A stretch of 64,000 nt of DNA, from contig JABVCE010000008.1 of assembly GCA_014905635.1 (NCBI GenBank), forward strand, positions 124,001 to 188,000, written 5' to 3'. The stretch is from Scenedesmus sp. PABB004. Lineage: Eukaryota. Below the pieces are notes generated by a model, which saw only the letters and a program-made list of their open reading frames with translations, had not been told where the DNA came from and made no database searches. Made by a program: the position numbers and the translations under genes. Each line of letters opens with the position of its first letter. Within the stretch, counting starts at the first letter, position 1. This document shows positions 47,541 to 60,726 of the stretch, in pieces.

Positions 47541-47545
47541 TTACA
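47541..47545 (-). terminator. TGTAA signal, probably ending the roughly 570-nt 3'UTR of the 48115-48712 gene
   Basis: TTACA on + strand at the end of a less GC-rich UTR-like stretch. Confidence 0.5.
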
Positions 47546-48114
47546 GAGCCAACAGTGCGTGCGCGACTGCCGCGCCGCGCCCGATCCGACGTCCGAGGTC
47601 TCCGGCCGACCAACCGATGTTGCCCGGGGACTGCAAAACGCGAGCACAGCAGCACAGCAGCGCCCGGGCGCGCAACCGGGGAGGAGCGCGGCGGCGTCGG
47701 CGGGGGCAGGGTGCTGGCCCCGCCGACGCGCGCCGCTCCCTTTATCATGATCGCCGCCGCAATGGTGGTACACAGCTGTCTGCAGCAAGGCAAGAAAGAG
47801 AGAGAGGCCGCCAGCGCCAGGGCCGCCGCGCTTGGCCAAGCGCGCGGCGCCGCGCCGCGGCAAGAGTGCAGTGCGTGTGTGTTGTCGACCGACCGTATGC
47901 CACAGGAGGGGGCTGCGGGTGCGCCGACGGACAGACAGAACATGTGCGGCAACCTGCAATCCCCACCTGCTCCCGGCGCGCGCGCCGTCGTTCCGCCGAC
48001 GGCGCGCCGCCGATGACAATCCCCCGCGGCGGCGCGACGGCTGGGCTGGGCGCACATGTTGCAGCGCCGCCGCCGTCGCCGGTGTGGAGCGGGCGGGCGC
48101 CCGCTGTGGTCCGC

Positions 48115-48712
48115 TCACGGCTCGGAGAGCGAGGCGAGGCTCGCGGCGTTCTCCCGCTGCGTCGCCAGGCGCTCGGCGATGTGGCTGCCCCACCCGACGC
48201 GGTGGGCGTCGTGCTCCTCCTCCAGGAGCTGCAGCAGCTCCGGCGGCATCTCGCCGTCCTTGCCGCTGCGGGCGGCACGGGGGCGCGCGCGCGCGCGTGA
48301 GCAGCGGCGGCGGCTGCAGCTGCGGCCAACTTCCCGCACCGCCGCCCGCGCCGCCGCCGCGCTCGGGCGCGTGGCTCCGCGGGGCCGGGCGACGGGAGGG
48401 AGTGCGCGCGCGTCCGGGCGCGAGCGGTTGCCGCTCCCGGCGCCGCGGCTCGGGACGGCCCGGCCCGCGCGCTCACCGCTGGAGCGCGCGCGCCTCGGAC
48501 GCCCAGGCGTTCAGCAGCTCCAGCAGCGCGTCGACGGGGCTGCGACGCGCCTCCTCGCGGCGCCACGAGAGCGACCGCGCGGCCATGCCGGACTGCCCCG
48601 GCGCGCGGAGAGCAGGCGCCACGCGCGGCGCCGCGACACACGCGGTCCCCGCGCGGCGGCCCCCGCGCGCGGCGAGGGGCTTGGCGGCCGGCGACGAGAG
48701 CATCGAAAGCAT
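48115..48712 (-). CDS. Small (about 130 aa) two-exon hypothetical protein with a transit-peptide-like N-terminus
   Basis: MLSMLSSPAAK..VDALLELLNAWASEARALQR|GKDGEMPPELLQLLEEEHD..SEP*. GTGAGC donor and CGCAG acceptor are in phase. Confidence 0.65.
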
Positions 48713-49108
48713 CGTGTGCGCTAGCTGTATGTGTAGCGCTGTCGTCGAGTGTGAAACGCGGCGGGGCTATCGCGGGGGGGCTGCCGGCTGGGCGGCGGGA
48801 GGCCAGGGCGCGCGATTTATGCGCGTCGCTGCCATTTGCTACTGCCACGGTTTTGCTTGCCCTCACACCGCCGGCGGAGGCGTTTGCAGTCGCCCGCCGG
48901 TCGGACCAACTCCCCGCAGCTGCCGGGCAGCTGCCTGGCAGCAGCGGCGCGCACACGGACGATCGGCGGCACGCGCCGCCGCCGCCGCCTCAACTCGCGC
49001 CCGAACGCCCCCCCCCCTCCCCACCCGCCGTCGCCGACTCTGCCTAGCCCCCCGCCCCCTTCCTAGCCGCCCCGCCACCCGCCGCGCGCGACGCGCGACG
49101 CGGGCGCG

Positions 49109-50384
49109 CTACGCGCCGCCGCCGGCCTTGCCCGGGCTCCAGGCCATCGCGTCGAGCGTCTGCTCGCTGCCGAGGCTCCCCAGGCTGTGCTGCTCCAGCA
49201 GCCGGCGCTGCCACTGCTGCTGCTGCTGCTGCTGGTGGTGCTGCTGGTGCGCGTGCTGCGGCCACCTCGCGCCGCCGTCGTGCGTGGCGGCGATGAGCGG
49301 CGGCGGCGGCGGCGCGCCGGGGCTCGCAGACCGGCCGCGCCCCGCCAGCGCCTGGTAGTCGGCGCAGCGCTGCGGCGGCGGGCGCGGCGGGCACAGTGAG
49401 CGCGCGCGGCGGTGGCGGCGGCCGGCGGCGGCGGCGGCGGCGGCGGCCCCCGCGGCAGCCCCCGGCGCACCAGGCCGCCGTGCCACTTGCTGCGGCACGT
49501 GCCGCACACGGCGCGGTTGCACGCGGGGCAGTCCGAGGGCAGGTCCGGCAGCTGCGTGTCCAGCTCCAGCGGCGCCTGCGCGGCGGGGGGCGAGCGCGGC
49601 GGGGGGCGGCTCGGCGCGCCGCCGCGCCTCGGCGCGGCGGGCCCCGGGCGCATGCGGCAGAGCAGAGCAGCAGCGCCGCGCCCGCCGCCGCGCCTGGCAG
49701 TCCAGATAGGGGCAGGCGAAGAGGTCGTCCGGCACCAGCGACAGCGAGTCGGTGGCCGCCACGAGCGCCTGCGGGCGCGCGCGCGGTGTGGCGCCAGCGG
49801 CCGCGCGCGGCGCCGCCGCGCCACGCCGCCGCGCCACCCCCGCGCGCACGCGCACCTGCGCGGCCAGCGCCTTGCTGCCGGGGACCTGCTGCTCCACCAG
49901 CGTCACCGCCGCCTGCATGCCCAGGCGCGCGCGGCAGTGGGGCAGCGGGCAGCGCAGCGGCAGCTGCGCGAGCTTGAACGCGTGCAGCAGGTGGCTCGAC
50001 ATGCAGCCGCGGCACACGGCGTGCCCGCACGCCCCTGCGGCGGCGCGCGGCGGCGGCGTCGTGCAGCGACAGCGGCGGGCGCGACGGCGCGCGCGCTCAA
50101 CAACCCGCCGCGCCGCCGCACCGAGCTGCACGAGCTGGACGCCGCCGTCCTGGCAGATCGTGCAGGCATCATCGTCTGCGGCCCAGGGGCTGTGGCGGGG
50201 CGGTGGGGGCGGCGGTGGGCGGGCGGGGCGGCCGCGGCGCGCGAACGCCGCCGCTGCCGCCGGGAGCTGCTTCGCCCGCCCGCGGCCGCCGCGCACCTGC
50301 TGGCCTGGCGCCGCTTGCCGGCGGGTCGGCCCTGGTCCCGGGCCCCCCGCTTGCGGCCCCGGGCGTGCCGGTGCTGCCGAACAT
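49109..50384 (-). CDS. RBR-family-like protein: RING1 + IBR, RING2 not seen
   Basis: CTIC..CGHAVCRGC..RCPLPHC, then CPYLDC..CPACNRAVCGTCRSKWHGGL|RCADYQ. Confidence 0.82.
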
Positions 50385-50658
50385 GCCGACCTCCCGCGGC
50401 GCGCCCACGCCGCTGCTGCCGCCCCAGCGGCCCCGCCCAGTCGCTGACGGCCACCTGCTACGATCGCACCACCGCCCTTCGCGATCGGCGCGGGCGCCCT
50501 CGGCACGCCGTCGCCGCCGCCGGCTCGGCAGCAGCAGCGGCCAGGCACGCGGCGCAGCACGCGAGGCGGGGAGCGGGCGCTCGGCGGCGGGCGGCGGGTG
50601 CGTGCGGTGCTGTGTGGCGGTGCGTGGGGCCCAGCGCACAGTGGCACGGCGGTTCACC

Positions 50659-53116
50659 TCAGGCCGCGCCGCAGTTGAGCCCCGCCGCCGCGAGCCGCGC
50701 CCACGCGACGCCCAGGAGCCGCGCCGAGCGCTTGGGCAGGCCGACCGCCAGCTGCCGGGCGGCGTCGGCGGCGCGCCAGCCGCGCGCGAGCTCCGCGAGC
50801 AGCGCCGCGAGCTCCGCGCCGACCGCGTCAGCGTCCTCGCCGCCGCCGCCGCCGCGCGGCTCGGCCGCGTCCGGTGCGCCCGGCGCGGCGCCCGCGCGCC
50901 GCAGCACGTCGCGCGGCAGCAGCTCCGCGAGCGACATGACCACGCCCGCGCGCTGCGCCGGCGACAGCTCGCCCTGCCGCCGCGCCAGCCAGCGCGCGGC
51001 CGCGCGCAGCAGCTTCACCTCGGCGGCGCTCGCCGGCGGCGGCCCGCCGGCCTCGTCCGGGGGTGGTGGTGGTGGTGCGCCCGCCGTGGCAGCCCCCGCG
51101 GCCTCCGCAGCCTCCGCGGCCTGCGCGGGCTCGCCGCCGCCGCGCCGCCGCCGCGCCCGCCGCGCGGCCTGCTTGGCGCGGGCGAGGCCAAAGATGATGG
51201 AGCAGACCGCCGCCGGCGGCGCGTGGCGCATCTTGGCGGCGGCGGTGGCGCAGAACGCGTCCAGCCAGGCCGCGCTCGGCGACGCGCCGAGCTCGGGCAG
51301 TGCGGCGATCGTGTTTGCGAGGTCCTGCGGCGACATGCGGTGCAGGCGCTTGCGCGCAGCCGACAGCAGCGACTGCGCGCGCGCGCGCGGGCGGGCGGGC
51401 GGGCGGGCGGCGGCGCGGGTGAGGGGGCGAGCGAGCGGAGGGGGCAGGGGCGGGCGGGCGAGACGGGGACGCGGCGCGGCGCGGCGCGGCCGCACCTTGC
51501 ACCACGCCTCGTCGGGGCGCGCGCCCAGCCGCGCCAGCCCCCATGCCGCCTGCGCGACGTGGCCGGCGCTCCAGGCGTGCATCTGCGGCTGGCACCGCGC
51601 CGCCAGCAGGCGCACCAGCTCGGGCGTGATGCCCACCCCGCCGCGCGGCTGCGCCGCGCCGCCCGCCGCGCCGGGCGGCGGCGGCGGCAGCGTCGGCCCG
51701 CCGCGTGCGCGCGCGGGCGCGTGCGTCGCCTTCTTGGCGCCGCCGGCGTTGAGGTGCAGGCGCGCGAGCGCGGCCAGGGTGTTGGCGAGGCTCTGGTGCT
51801 TGAACAGGTGCAGCCGCGCGGACACGTGGCGCTGCAGCGAGTCCATGAGCTGCGGCGACGGGCTGCGGCGGCGGCGGCGGCGTTGCCGGCGCAGGCGCGG
51901 TGCCCGCCGCTGCGCAGCTGGCAGCGCTGCGCCGCACTGCGCGGCGGCGGTGACCGCGGCGAGCCGCTCACCTGACGCGCAGGGCCGCCAGCGCGCCCAG
52001 CAGCATCGCCACGTGCTGCCCATTGAAGGACTCCAGCTGCGGCAGCAGCGCGGCGCTGGGCACGCGGCGGCGGGGCGGCCACGGCATGGCGCGGCGCGGC
52101 CCGGCGGGGCGCCGCCCACCTGCAGCAGCGCCGCCTCCTGCAGGTCGGAGAGCAGCGCCGCGTCCCGGTGGCCCAGCCGGGCCGCCGCCGCGGCGGCGTG
52201 TGCCACGCCGCGCGCATCCAGCTCGCCGGCGGCCGCGAGCGCGCGCGTGCGCCGCGTGAGCGCCGCCACGAGTGCCGCCGCCCGCGCGCGCTCGCCCGGC
52301 GCCAGCTGCGCCGGCCCTTGCGGCAGCAGCGCCGCCGTGCGTCGCCACGCCTCCGTCACATGCAACGCGTTGAGCAGCTGCTGCTGCTGCTGCTGCTGCG
52401 TCGGCAGCTGCTCCGGCTGCGGCTGCGGCGGCGTCTGCGGCGCCGCCGCGCCGACCCCGTCCGCGCCCGCCTGGCTGGCCGCCCGCGGCTGCGGCTGCAC
52501 CGACAGCGGCTGGGGCGGCTGCTTGCGTCGCTTCTTCGCCGGCTGCTGCACCCGGTCGCCGCCGTCCGCCGCCGCCTGCTCGCCGGGCGCCGGTGCGCCG
52601 GCGTCCGCACTCAGTGCCGCCACCCTGTCCAGCAGCGCCTGCAGCTCCTGCCAGCTGGCCGCGGCCTGCACCGCTCGCATCAGCTCCCGCTCGCTCAGCT
52701 CGCCGCTCGGCGCCCGGATGCGCAGCGTCACCGGCACCGCCAGCCGCCGCGCCGCCGCCTGCTCGGGCGTGAGCCGCGCGCCGACCGCGACCGCGGCGGC
52801 CTGCGCGGCGGCAGTCGCGGCGGCGTGAGCCGGCGGCCGGCCCGCCCGCGCCGCGCGCTGCGCGCCCCGCCGCGCGCACCTCTGCTGCCGACGGCGCGCG
52901 CTCCGGCTCGTCAAACAGCGGCGGGCTGGCGATCAGGGGCAGCTGCCCCTCCTCCTGTTCCTCGTCGTCGTCGCCGAGCAGCAGCACCGGCGGCGCCGCG
53001 CCCGCCAGCGCGCGCTGCTGCCGCAGCCGCGGCCGCGCCGCGGCGGGCGCGGCGGCGCAGCTTCTGCTGCTGCCCGTCCGCCATGTGGCTGCGCAGCGCC
53101 CAGGCCCCCGCAGCAT
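50659..53116 (-). CDS. Helical-repeat (OPR/Tbc2-like) protein
   Basis: LNALHVTEAW, FKHQSLANTLAALARL, HVAQAAWGLARLGARPDEAW, MSPQDLANTIAALPELGASPSAAWLDAF. Confidence 0.75.
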
Positions 53117-53175
53117 GCGGCAGCGGCGGGGGGCTGGGGCGCGCTGGCCTCTCACCCGCGCCGCGCCGCGGCGCG

Positions 53176-53243
<68 letters not shown>
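53176..53243. repeat. (CTG/CAG) about x22 microsatellite in the divergent intergenic/5'UTR region
   Basis: Perfect trinucleotide tract. Confidence 0.95.
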
Positions 53244-53244
<1 letters not shown>

Positions 53245-53506
53245 CGAAGGGCGGTCCAGGTCCAACGATCGTGCGCCGAGGTCAGCTTTGTGGGCCGCAG
53301 CGGGGGGCCGCAGGCTGCCGGGCGCGGCGGCGTGCAGCGGTTGACGGCGCTGAAGCGCGTCCCCGCAGCTGGACCAGCCCGCCCGCCCGGCCGCTGCGTG
53401 GACCGCCCCTCAGCGCCCCGGGGCTGTCCCCGCACGCCCGCACGCGCAGCGCACTGGTGGCGGCCGGCCGCGCGCTGGTGCTGGCTCCGCCGCGTTGCCG
53501 GCGTGA

Positions 53507-54945
53507 ATGACCCCTGAGCCGGCCGGCGGCAGCTTCCCCTACCTGCTGCCGAGCGGCGGCGCGCGCAAGCGTGAGCTGGGCACCGCTGCGGCCGCCCGAC
53601 GGCGAGCAGCAACAGACGGCGCGCCGCCGCCGCCGCGACCGCCGCCGCGAGCGCTGCGGCCGACGCCGCGGCCGCCGATGCCGCCGCCGCGCAGGTTCCA
53701 AGTCTTCCCTCGCGCTCAACGTCGAGCTCGGCGACGCCAGCGACAGCGGCGGCCCGCCGCCCGCCCGCCCGCCGTCGGCAGCCACCGGCATGAGCATGGA
53801 CGGCGCGCCGCGCGCGCGCGCGCCGCCGCCGCCCGCGGGCGGCGGCCGCAGCGCCCCCCGCGGGCCCAGCGAGTTTGCGATCGACTGGGCGCTCGTGGTC
53901 ATCGCGTTCGTCGCCCTCGCGGCATTCGACCGGGCACGCCCGCACGAGGGTGCGGCGGCGCGCCGCGGAACCGCGCCGCGCCGAGCCGCGCCGCGCCGCG
54001 CCGCGGCCGCGCCACCCGCACGCCAGACGGGCCCGCCGACGCGCCCGCTGACCGGGCCGCCGCGCCGGGCTGCAGGCTACATCCCCAAGGCTCTGCTGAG
54101 CGGCACCAGCTACCCGCTGCGGCCCAACTCGGTGCCGGCATGGAGCGTGCCCGTGCTGGCGCTGCTCGCGCCGCTCGCGGTGCTCCTAGCGCACGGCGCG
54201 GCGCTGCGGCGGCCGCGCGCGGAGGCGCACCACCTGGCGCTCGGCCTCTCGGTTGCGGTGATGGTCGCGGGCGCGGTGACGAACGCTATCAAGTGCCCCG
54301 TGGGGCGCCTGCGCCCCGACTTTAACGCACGCTGCTGGCCGGACGGCGTGATCGCGTGGGCGCGCGAGGACGGCTTTGGCGGCTGGGCCAAGTGCAGCGG
54401 CGCGCCCAGCGTGGTCGCGGAGGGCCGCAAGAGCTTCCCCAGCGGTGCGCGGCGCGGGCGGCCGACGCGGCGCCCCGGCGCCGCGGGCCCCTGCCCGCCG
54501 GCGCCGGCGCCCTGCGCACGCGCCCCAACGCGCGACGCGCACGCACGCGCCGGCCCGCCCGCGCGCAGGGCACAGCTCCTGGTCGGCGGCGGGGCTGTGC
54601 TACTTGACCTGGTTCCTGATCGACCGCCTGGGCGCGCTCTCGGCCGCTGGCGGCGGCCACCCCTGGCGCCTCGTCGCGGCGCTGCTGCCGTCGGCCGGCG
54701 CGGTCGCGGTCGGCGTGTCGCGCGTGCACGACGCGTGGCACCACCCGAGCGACGTGGCTGTCGGGCTGGCGCTGGGCGCGGGGCTCTCCTGGCTGTGCTA
54801 TCGCCAGCAGCGCGCGCGCCTGGCGGAGCTCGACCCCATCACCTACGGCGGCACGCTCGGCAGCGGCGGCGGCGCTGCGGCGCGGCCGCCCGGCGAGGAC
54901 GGCGTGCCGCTGCTCGGCGCCGGCGAGCAGCGGCTGCCGGTGTGA
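53507..54945 (+). CDS. PAP2-family lipid phosphate phosphatase
   Basis: Catalytic motifs KCPVGRLRP (KX6RP), SFPSG|HSS and SRVHDAWHHPSDV, plus TM segments. Confidence 0.93.
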
Positions 54946-55653
54946 GGCGCGGGGGTAACGCGCGATCGATCGATCGGTCGCGAGCGCGCGTTGGTCCGCG
55001 ACTTGCACGCCGCCGCGGCCTCTGCAGCTGGTCAACCCGTCGCCGACGCCTCCTGGGGCTGCAGTGCGAAGCGAGGGCAAGCAATGCGGTCAAAAAGGGC
55101 CTATCGTCCGGGTCTTTTGGGTCGCACACCACCACAGATCCAATGTACAGGCCCGCGGGCAGGAGCTCGGGTGCAGCTGCGACTGCCCGCCAAGCCACAG
55201 CCGCGCCGCCAACGCCGCCGCGCCCAGGCAGGCGCAGCGGGGGCGCAGCAGCTGGGCGCCCGTCGGCCGGCCCGGGCTGCGGGGCCGGCCGAGGGGGTCG
55301 TGGCTTGCGCGCGCGTGCGTGCGCGCGCGCGCGCTGCCGCCGCGGCGCGGGGCGCGCGGCCGTCCTGACCTGTGCACGCAGGCACAACTCGCGCCTTCTG
55401 CCGCCGCCAACACGCGCACACTCTCGCGGGCACCAAGGTGGGATGCACTGCGCCGCGCTGCACAAAACGGTCACCTGTGAGTCTTCGCTCCAGCACGTCA
55501 ACACCGCCGCCGGACGCCAACACACACAAACGCACGCACACGCCCTGGCAAAGCACGCAGAGCAGGCCTGTGGACTGAGCTTGGGTTGGATGCAGGTGCA
55601 GGTGCGCGGCCTCGCCGCGCCGTGGCGCTCACCGCAGCGCGCGCCGCGCGGCG

Positions 55654-55678
55654 CTAGCGCGCGCCGCCGCGCGTCGCC

Positions 55679-55718
<40 letters not shown>

Positions 55719-58293
55719 CGTCGCCCAGAAACCCCTCGCCCGCGCCGCCGCCGCGCGCGCCGGCGGCGCCGCCAGGCAGCACGTCGCTGAAGAGCACGCC
55801 GTGGCCGCCCTGCCCCGCGGCGCCGGCGGCGGCGCCGTGCGGCTGCAGCGCGGCGAGGCCCTCCAGGTCCATCAGCCCGCCGCCGCCGCGGCCCGTGGGC
55901 GTGCCGAGCAGGTTGAGACTGCCCGAGCTGCCAAACCCGGCGAGCCCCAGCGCACCGTACACGAGGCCGCCGCCGTCGCCGCCGCCGACCATGTCGGCGA
56001 GCGCGCCGGCGGAGCCCTCGAAGCGGTGCAGCGCGGCCAGGCTGTGCAGGCTCGCGAGGCGCTGCATCGGCGACATCGGCGGCGACGCGACGCCGCCGGC
56101 CCCGGGGCTGCTGTCGCGCGCGCCGCGCGGCCGCGCCGCGCCGCCGGCGGGCGCCGCCGCGCCGCCCGCCGCGGCCGCCGCCGCCGCGGCCTGCTGGCGC
56201 GGGCTGCCGCCGCCGCCGGCGAGCTCCGCGGTGACCGCGGCCTGCTGGTCCTCGTCCATTGCCAGAAAGTCGGCGAGGCTCAGCGCCGAGCCGTGCTGGC
56301 TGCCCGCGCCGAGGCCGCCGAGCAGCTGGCCCATGCTGCTGCCGAGGAAGCTGCCCGGCAGCGAGGGCGGGCCGCTGCCGTCGGCGCCGCCGCCGCCCTG
56401 CATCAGCTGCGCCGGCACGCCCGCGGCGGCCATCGCCGCCGCGGCGCCGGCCGTAGAGCCGGCCGGCCCGCCGCCGGCGCCCTGGTCGGCGCGCAGGCGC
56501 TTGAACGCCTGCTGCTGCGTGGGGCTGTCGCCGCGCGCCGGCTGCGCGTGCGCCTGCCAGCCCTGCCCGGCCTGCGGCAGCGGCGCGAGGCTGCCGCGCG
56601 GCCCCGACATGCCGCTCGCGCCGCCGGACTGGCGGCTCGTGGCCATGGGGCTGCCGCCCGAGGCCTGCTGCTGCAGCTCCTGCGCCGAAAACGGCGCCGA
56701 GCCGACCAGGAACGGCGCCCCGCTCGGGCCTGCGGGCGCGGCGGCGCGCGGGCGGGCGTGAGCGGCGTGCGCGCGGCCGACGCGCGTGCGCGGCGCGGCG
56801 GCGGCGGCGCGGTTCCCCCGCCCACACACACAGCCACACACCTGTGACGCCCGACATCGGCTGCGAGTGCTGCGACTGCAGCTGCTGCTGCTGCGAGTGC
56901 TGCGCCGCCGCGGCCGCCTGCATGGCGGCCAGGCTCGCGAGCAGCGGCGAGCCCGCGCCCGCGGCGCCGCTGCCGCCCGGCACGGGCGACGCGGCGCCGC
57001 TGCCGCCCGCCGCGGCCTGCTGCTGCAGGCGCTGCTGGTGGCGTGCGACCTGGTCCTGCAGCAGCGTCACCAGGTCCTGGTAGCCGCCCGCCGCGAGCAG
57101 CGCGATGAGCACCTGCAGCCGCTGCTCCGGCGGCAGCGCCTGGTTGGCCTGCAGCTGGTTGTGCAGCTGCACCGCCATCGACGTGTGGCCTTTGGCGTAC
57201 AGCGCCGCCACCAGCTGCCGCTCGCGCTCGTCCTGCCACTCCCGCGACAGCACCACCAGCGGCTGCTGCTGCTGCTGCTGCGACGGCGCCGCGCCCGCGG
57301 CGCCGCCCGACGCCGCCGGCTGCTGCTGCTGCTGCGCCGCTGCCGCCGCCGACATGGCCGCCGCGGCGGCTGCGGCCGCGGCCGCGGCCGCCACGGCGGC
57401 GTGGCCCGACGCCGCCGGCAGCGCCGCGCCGGGCAGCGCGAGCTGCGCCGCGAGCGCCGGGCTGCTGGCGATGAGCATCGCCGCGAGCGCCTGCTTCTCC
57501 CGCTCCTCCGCCTCGCGGCGCTCCGCCTGGCGCTTGAGCGTGGAGTGCCAGCGGTTCTTCACCGCGTTGTCCGTCCTGCGCGGCGCGCCGCCAGCCGCGC
57601 GCCGCGCGCTCGGTTGGGCGCCGTCGCCGCCACGACCGCGCGCCCGCGCGCCCGCACGCCGCCCGCACGCCGCCCGCGCGCCGCGCGCCGCGCCGCGCCG
57701 CGCCGCGCGCCTGCCGGGCAGCAGCTTGGCGATCTGCGTCCAGCGGTTGCCGTACATGCGGTGCGCCTCGAGCAGGATGCGGTCCTCCTCCTCGCTGAAC
57801 GACTCGGTCTTGATGTCGTCGCGCAGCTGGTTCACCCAGCGCAGCCGGCACGACTTGCCGTTGCGCCCGGGCAGGGCCTTGGCGATGACGCTCCAGTTCT
57901 GCGCGCCGTGCTTGGCGACCAGCTGCCGCAGCTTCTCGTCCTCCTGCGCCGCGGGCGGGGCGGGGCGGCGGGCGCGCGGCGCGTGGGCAGCGGCGCGCGG
58001 CGCGGGCGCGGGCGCGGGCGCTGCTCCGCGCGGCCGCCCCCGCGCGCCTGCGGCGTCCAGGGATTGTAGGTTGAGAGCTTGGGGTCGCCGTCGCCGCCCT
58101 GCGCAGCGGAGGGCTCGGAGCTGCTCGCCGGCGCCGCGCTGCTGGTGGTCATGCCGGTCGTGCCGGTCGTGGCGGTCGCCGCGGTGCCGCGCGTCGGCGA
58201 GCGCGAGGGCACGGCGAGCGCGCTCGTGCTGCTCGCGCCCGACGCCGCCATGCGCATGGCGGCGCCCGGCAGGTCGCCCTTGGGCTGCGACAT
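55654..58293 (-). CDS. R2R3-MYB transcription factor
   Basis: PWTPQ|EDEKLRQLV..NWSVIA..GRNGKSCRLRW, FSEEED..GNRWTQIAKLLPGR|TDNAVKNRWHSTLKR. Start uncertain. Confidence 0.92.
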
Positions 58294-59304
58294 CACGGCG
58301 GCGCCCCGCCCGCGCTCGCCCTCAGCCGCCGCCGCGCGCGCGCGGCGGTTGGCGGCGCCGCGAGCCGCGCCGCTGCCGCGTCGGGCGGCTGGCGCCTCGC
58401 CGCTGCCGGCCGGGGGCCGCCGCCGCTCAGGCCATGGGCGCTGTCGCGCGCGGCCGGCGCCGGGCCGCCGCCGCCGTCGCCGCTGCTGCTGCTGCCTCGC
58501 AGCCGCGCGCGTGCGCCGCTCCCGCCGCCGCCAACGGCGGCGCGCCCGCCGCTCTCCAGGCGAGGCCGGGGCCTGCGGAGGTTGGGTCATGCGGGGCGGG
58601 GGGCGGCTCAGGCAGGCGAACGGGGCGGCATGGGCGAGGAAAGGTCGCCACCCCCGCGCGCTCGCGCTGCACCGGCGCCCCGGAGCCACCCTCGCAGGCG
58701 GACGGGACGCCGCCTCACGCGCCGAGCCGGCCCTGCGGCCCAGCCGACCGCGGGCCGCGCCCGGGCGGGGGCCGAAGGCGCCCCACATGCGTTATGCGGC
58801 CACCACCCCCGCCGCTGGCCCCCGCCGCCCCGAGCCGGCCGAGGGCGGTGGCGGCCCCTCCTCCCGTCCGCCTGGCGGCGCTGCTCGGCCCCCTGCACCG
58901 CCAGGCGGCCGGGCGAGCGCCCGCGCGCCACGCGAGCGCCTCCGCCGTGGCGAGCGCGCCCGCGGGCGCCGGAGAGGCGTGGCACCCGCCGACGCGGGCT
59001 GCCACGATCTCGGGCGGTCCTGCTCACCTGGCGCGGCCGCAAGGCTCCGCTCTGCCTTTTGCGCACGCCTCCTGCTCTGAGCGCTGGCGAGCGGGCTGCC
59101 CAGGCGCGTGCTCAACGAACCGGGCGGGCTGCGGGCCGCCCCCGGCGGCGGCGGCCTGCGCGCGCGTCGCGCAGGGCCCAGCGCAGAAGCGCCGCCGCTG
59201 CCACGCGCGCGGCTGCTCTGTTGCCATGCACAGCGCCTGCACACGGCTCAGCAGCGACCGGCGGCCAGCACCGACCGCGGCGCCGGCCCGGCCCCCGCGC
59301 GCCC

Positions 59305-60726
59305 TCACCAGCCGGCGCGCGCGGCGGCCAGCACCGACGGCAGGCGGCTGAGCACCTCGCGCGCGCGCCGCGTGGCCCAGCCCGCGTTGCCCCAGGAGCC
59401 CCAGCCCACGAGGAAGCGGACAAAGTCAGCGAGCGCGACCTCGAACTGCGCGGTGCACTGCGCGAGCCCGTACTCTGCTGCCGCGCCCGCGCCGCCCCGC
59501 GCGCGCAGCGCGGCGCACAGCGCGGCGTGGTAGTGCGCGATCAGCGCCGCCTCGTGCGCCTCCGCCACGTCCTCGTCCACGCTGCTCGCGAGCAGGTAGG
59601 CCACGTCGCGCACGCCGAGGCCCTCGCCGACATACTGGAAGTCGTACGCGGCGGCGCGACGCCCGGCGCGGTCAAACAGAAAGTTGGCCGCCTGCGCGCG
59701 CGCGCGGTTGGTGTTGCGCCGGGCGGGGCGGGGCGGGGCGGGGCGAGGCGGGCGGCAGCGCGGCCCGCGCGTGCCGCCGCTGCGCCGCGCCGTGCGGGCG
59801 CGCGCGGCGCCGACGCGCGCCTTGGCGTCGCCGTGCACGACGGTGCGGTGGCGCGCCGTCTTCGAGCCGTCCGCCCGCTCGCCCTTGAGCAGCGCGTCCA
59901 GCTCGCCCGCCGCCGCCTCGAGGTCGCGCCACGCCGCGCCCATGCTGCGCAGCTCCTCCTGCCGCGTGTCGAGGTGCCTGCGCGCGCGGCGCGCTGTCGG
60001 GTCCGGCGGAGGAGCCACGCGCGCTCGCGCGGCGGGCGCGCCGCCACGCCGAGCCGCGCCGCCGCACCAGTAGCACCCCTGGTCCCACAGCGCGCTGCCC
60101 GCCGCCGCGCCCGGCGGCGCCGTCGGCAGCGGCGCGTGCTGGCTGACCGGCGCGTCCTGCCCGGGCACGTCCTGCCAGAACGCCGCGTGCAGCGCGGCGA
60201 GCCAGTCGAGCACGACGCACGCCTCCTCCAGGCTGTAGCTGTGCGGCTGCTCGGGGAAGTCCTGGGTCAAGTCTGACAGCAGGAAGAGAAAATGGCGCGG
60301 CGGGCTCGCGTCGACCAGGTGCGCGACGCTCAGCGCGGCGCCCGCGCCCGCCGCGCGGGCTGCGCGGCGGCGGCGGCGGCGGCGGCGCGTGAGGTGCGAG
60401 GCGCGGCGCGCGAGCCTGGCAGCTGGCGCGCGCCCCTGGTGCCCCCCACCCGCGTAGTGCTGATAGAAGGCGGCCTCGGCGGCGTAGCTCTTGAGTTTGC
60501 GCTCGTGCGACACGCCGCGCCCGGGCGGCGGGTCGACCTGCTTGGCGATGAGCTGGACGGGGCCCGCGTCGCTGTCGGCGGTGAGCGACAACACCGCGCC
60601 GTACCCGCCCCAGAGAGAGCACAATCGCTTGGCGCGCACGTTCCACACCGACGGCCCGAGAGCTGCCGCAGCAACCTCTGGCCACGTGGTGCGCTGGCCG
60701 GCGACGACCGGCACCGGCACCGCCAT
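59305..60726 (-). CDS. Ecdysteroid-kinase-like / APH-choline kinase superfamily protein
   Basis: SLWGGYG, SHERKLKSY..EAAFY, LAALHAAFW, TVVHGDAK|AANF, YDFQYVGEGLGVRDVAYLL. Confidence 0.88.
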   Translation of the reverse strand: MAVPVPVVAGQRTTWPEVAAAALGPSVWNVRAKRLCSLWGGYGAVLSLTADSDAGPVQLIAKQVDPPPGRGVSHERKLKSYAAEAAFYQHYAGGGHQGRAPAARLARRASHLTRRRRRRRRAARAAGAGAALSVAHLVDASPPRHFLFLLSDLTQDFPEQPHSYSLEEACVVLDWLAALHAAFWQDVPGQDAPVSQHAPLPTAPPGAAAGSALWDQGCYWCGGAARRGGAPAARARVAPPPDPTARRARRHLDTRQEELRSMGAAWRDLEAAAGELDALLKGERADGSKTARHRTVVHGDAKARVGAARARTARRSGGTRGPRCRPPRPAPPRPARRNTNRARAQAANFLFDRAGRRAAAYDFQYVGEGLGVRDVAYLLASSVDEDVAEAHEAALIAHYHAALCAALRARGGAGAAAEYGLAQCTAQFEVALADFVRFLVGWGSWGNAGWATRRAREVLSRLPSVLAAARAGW

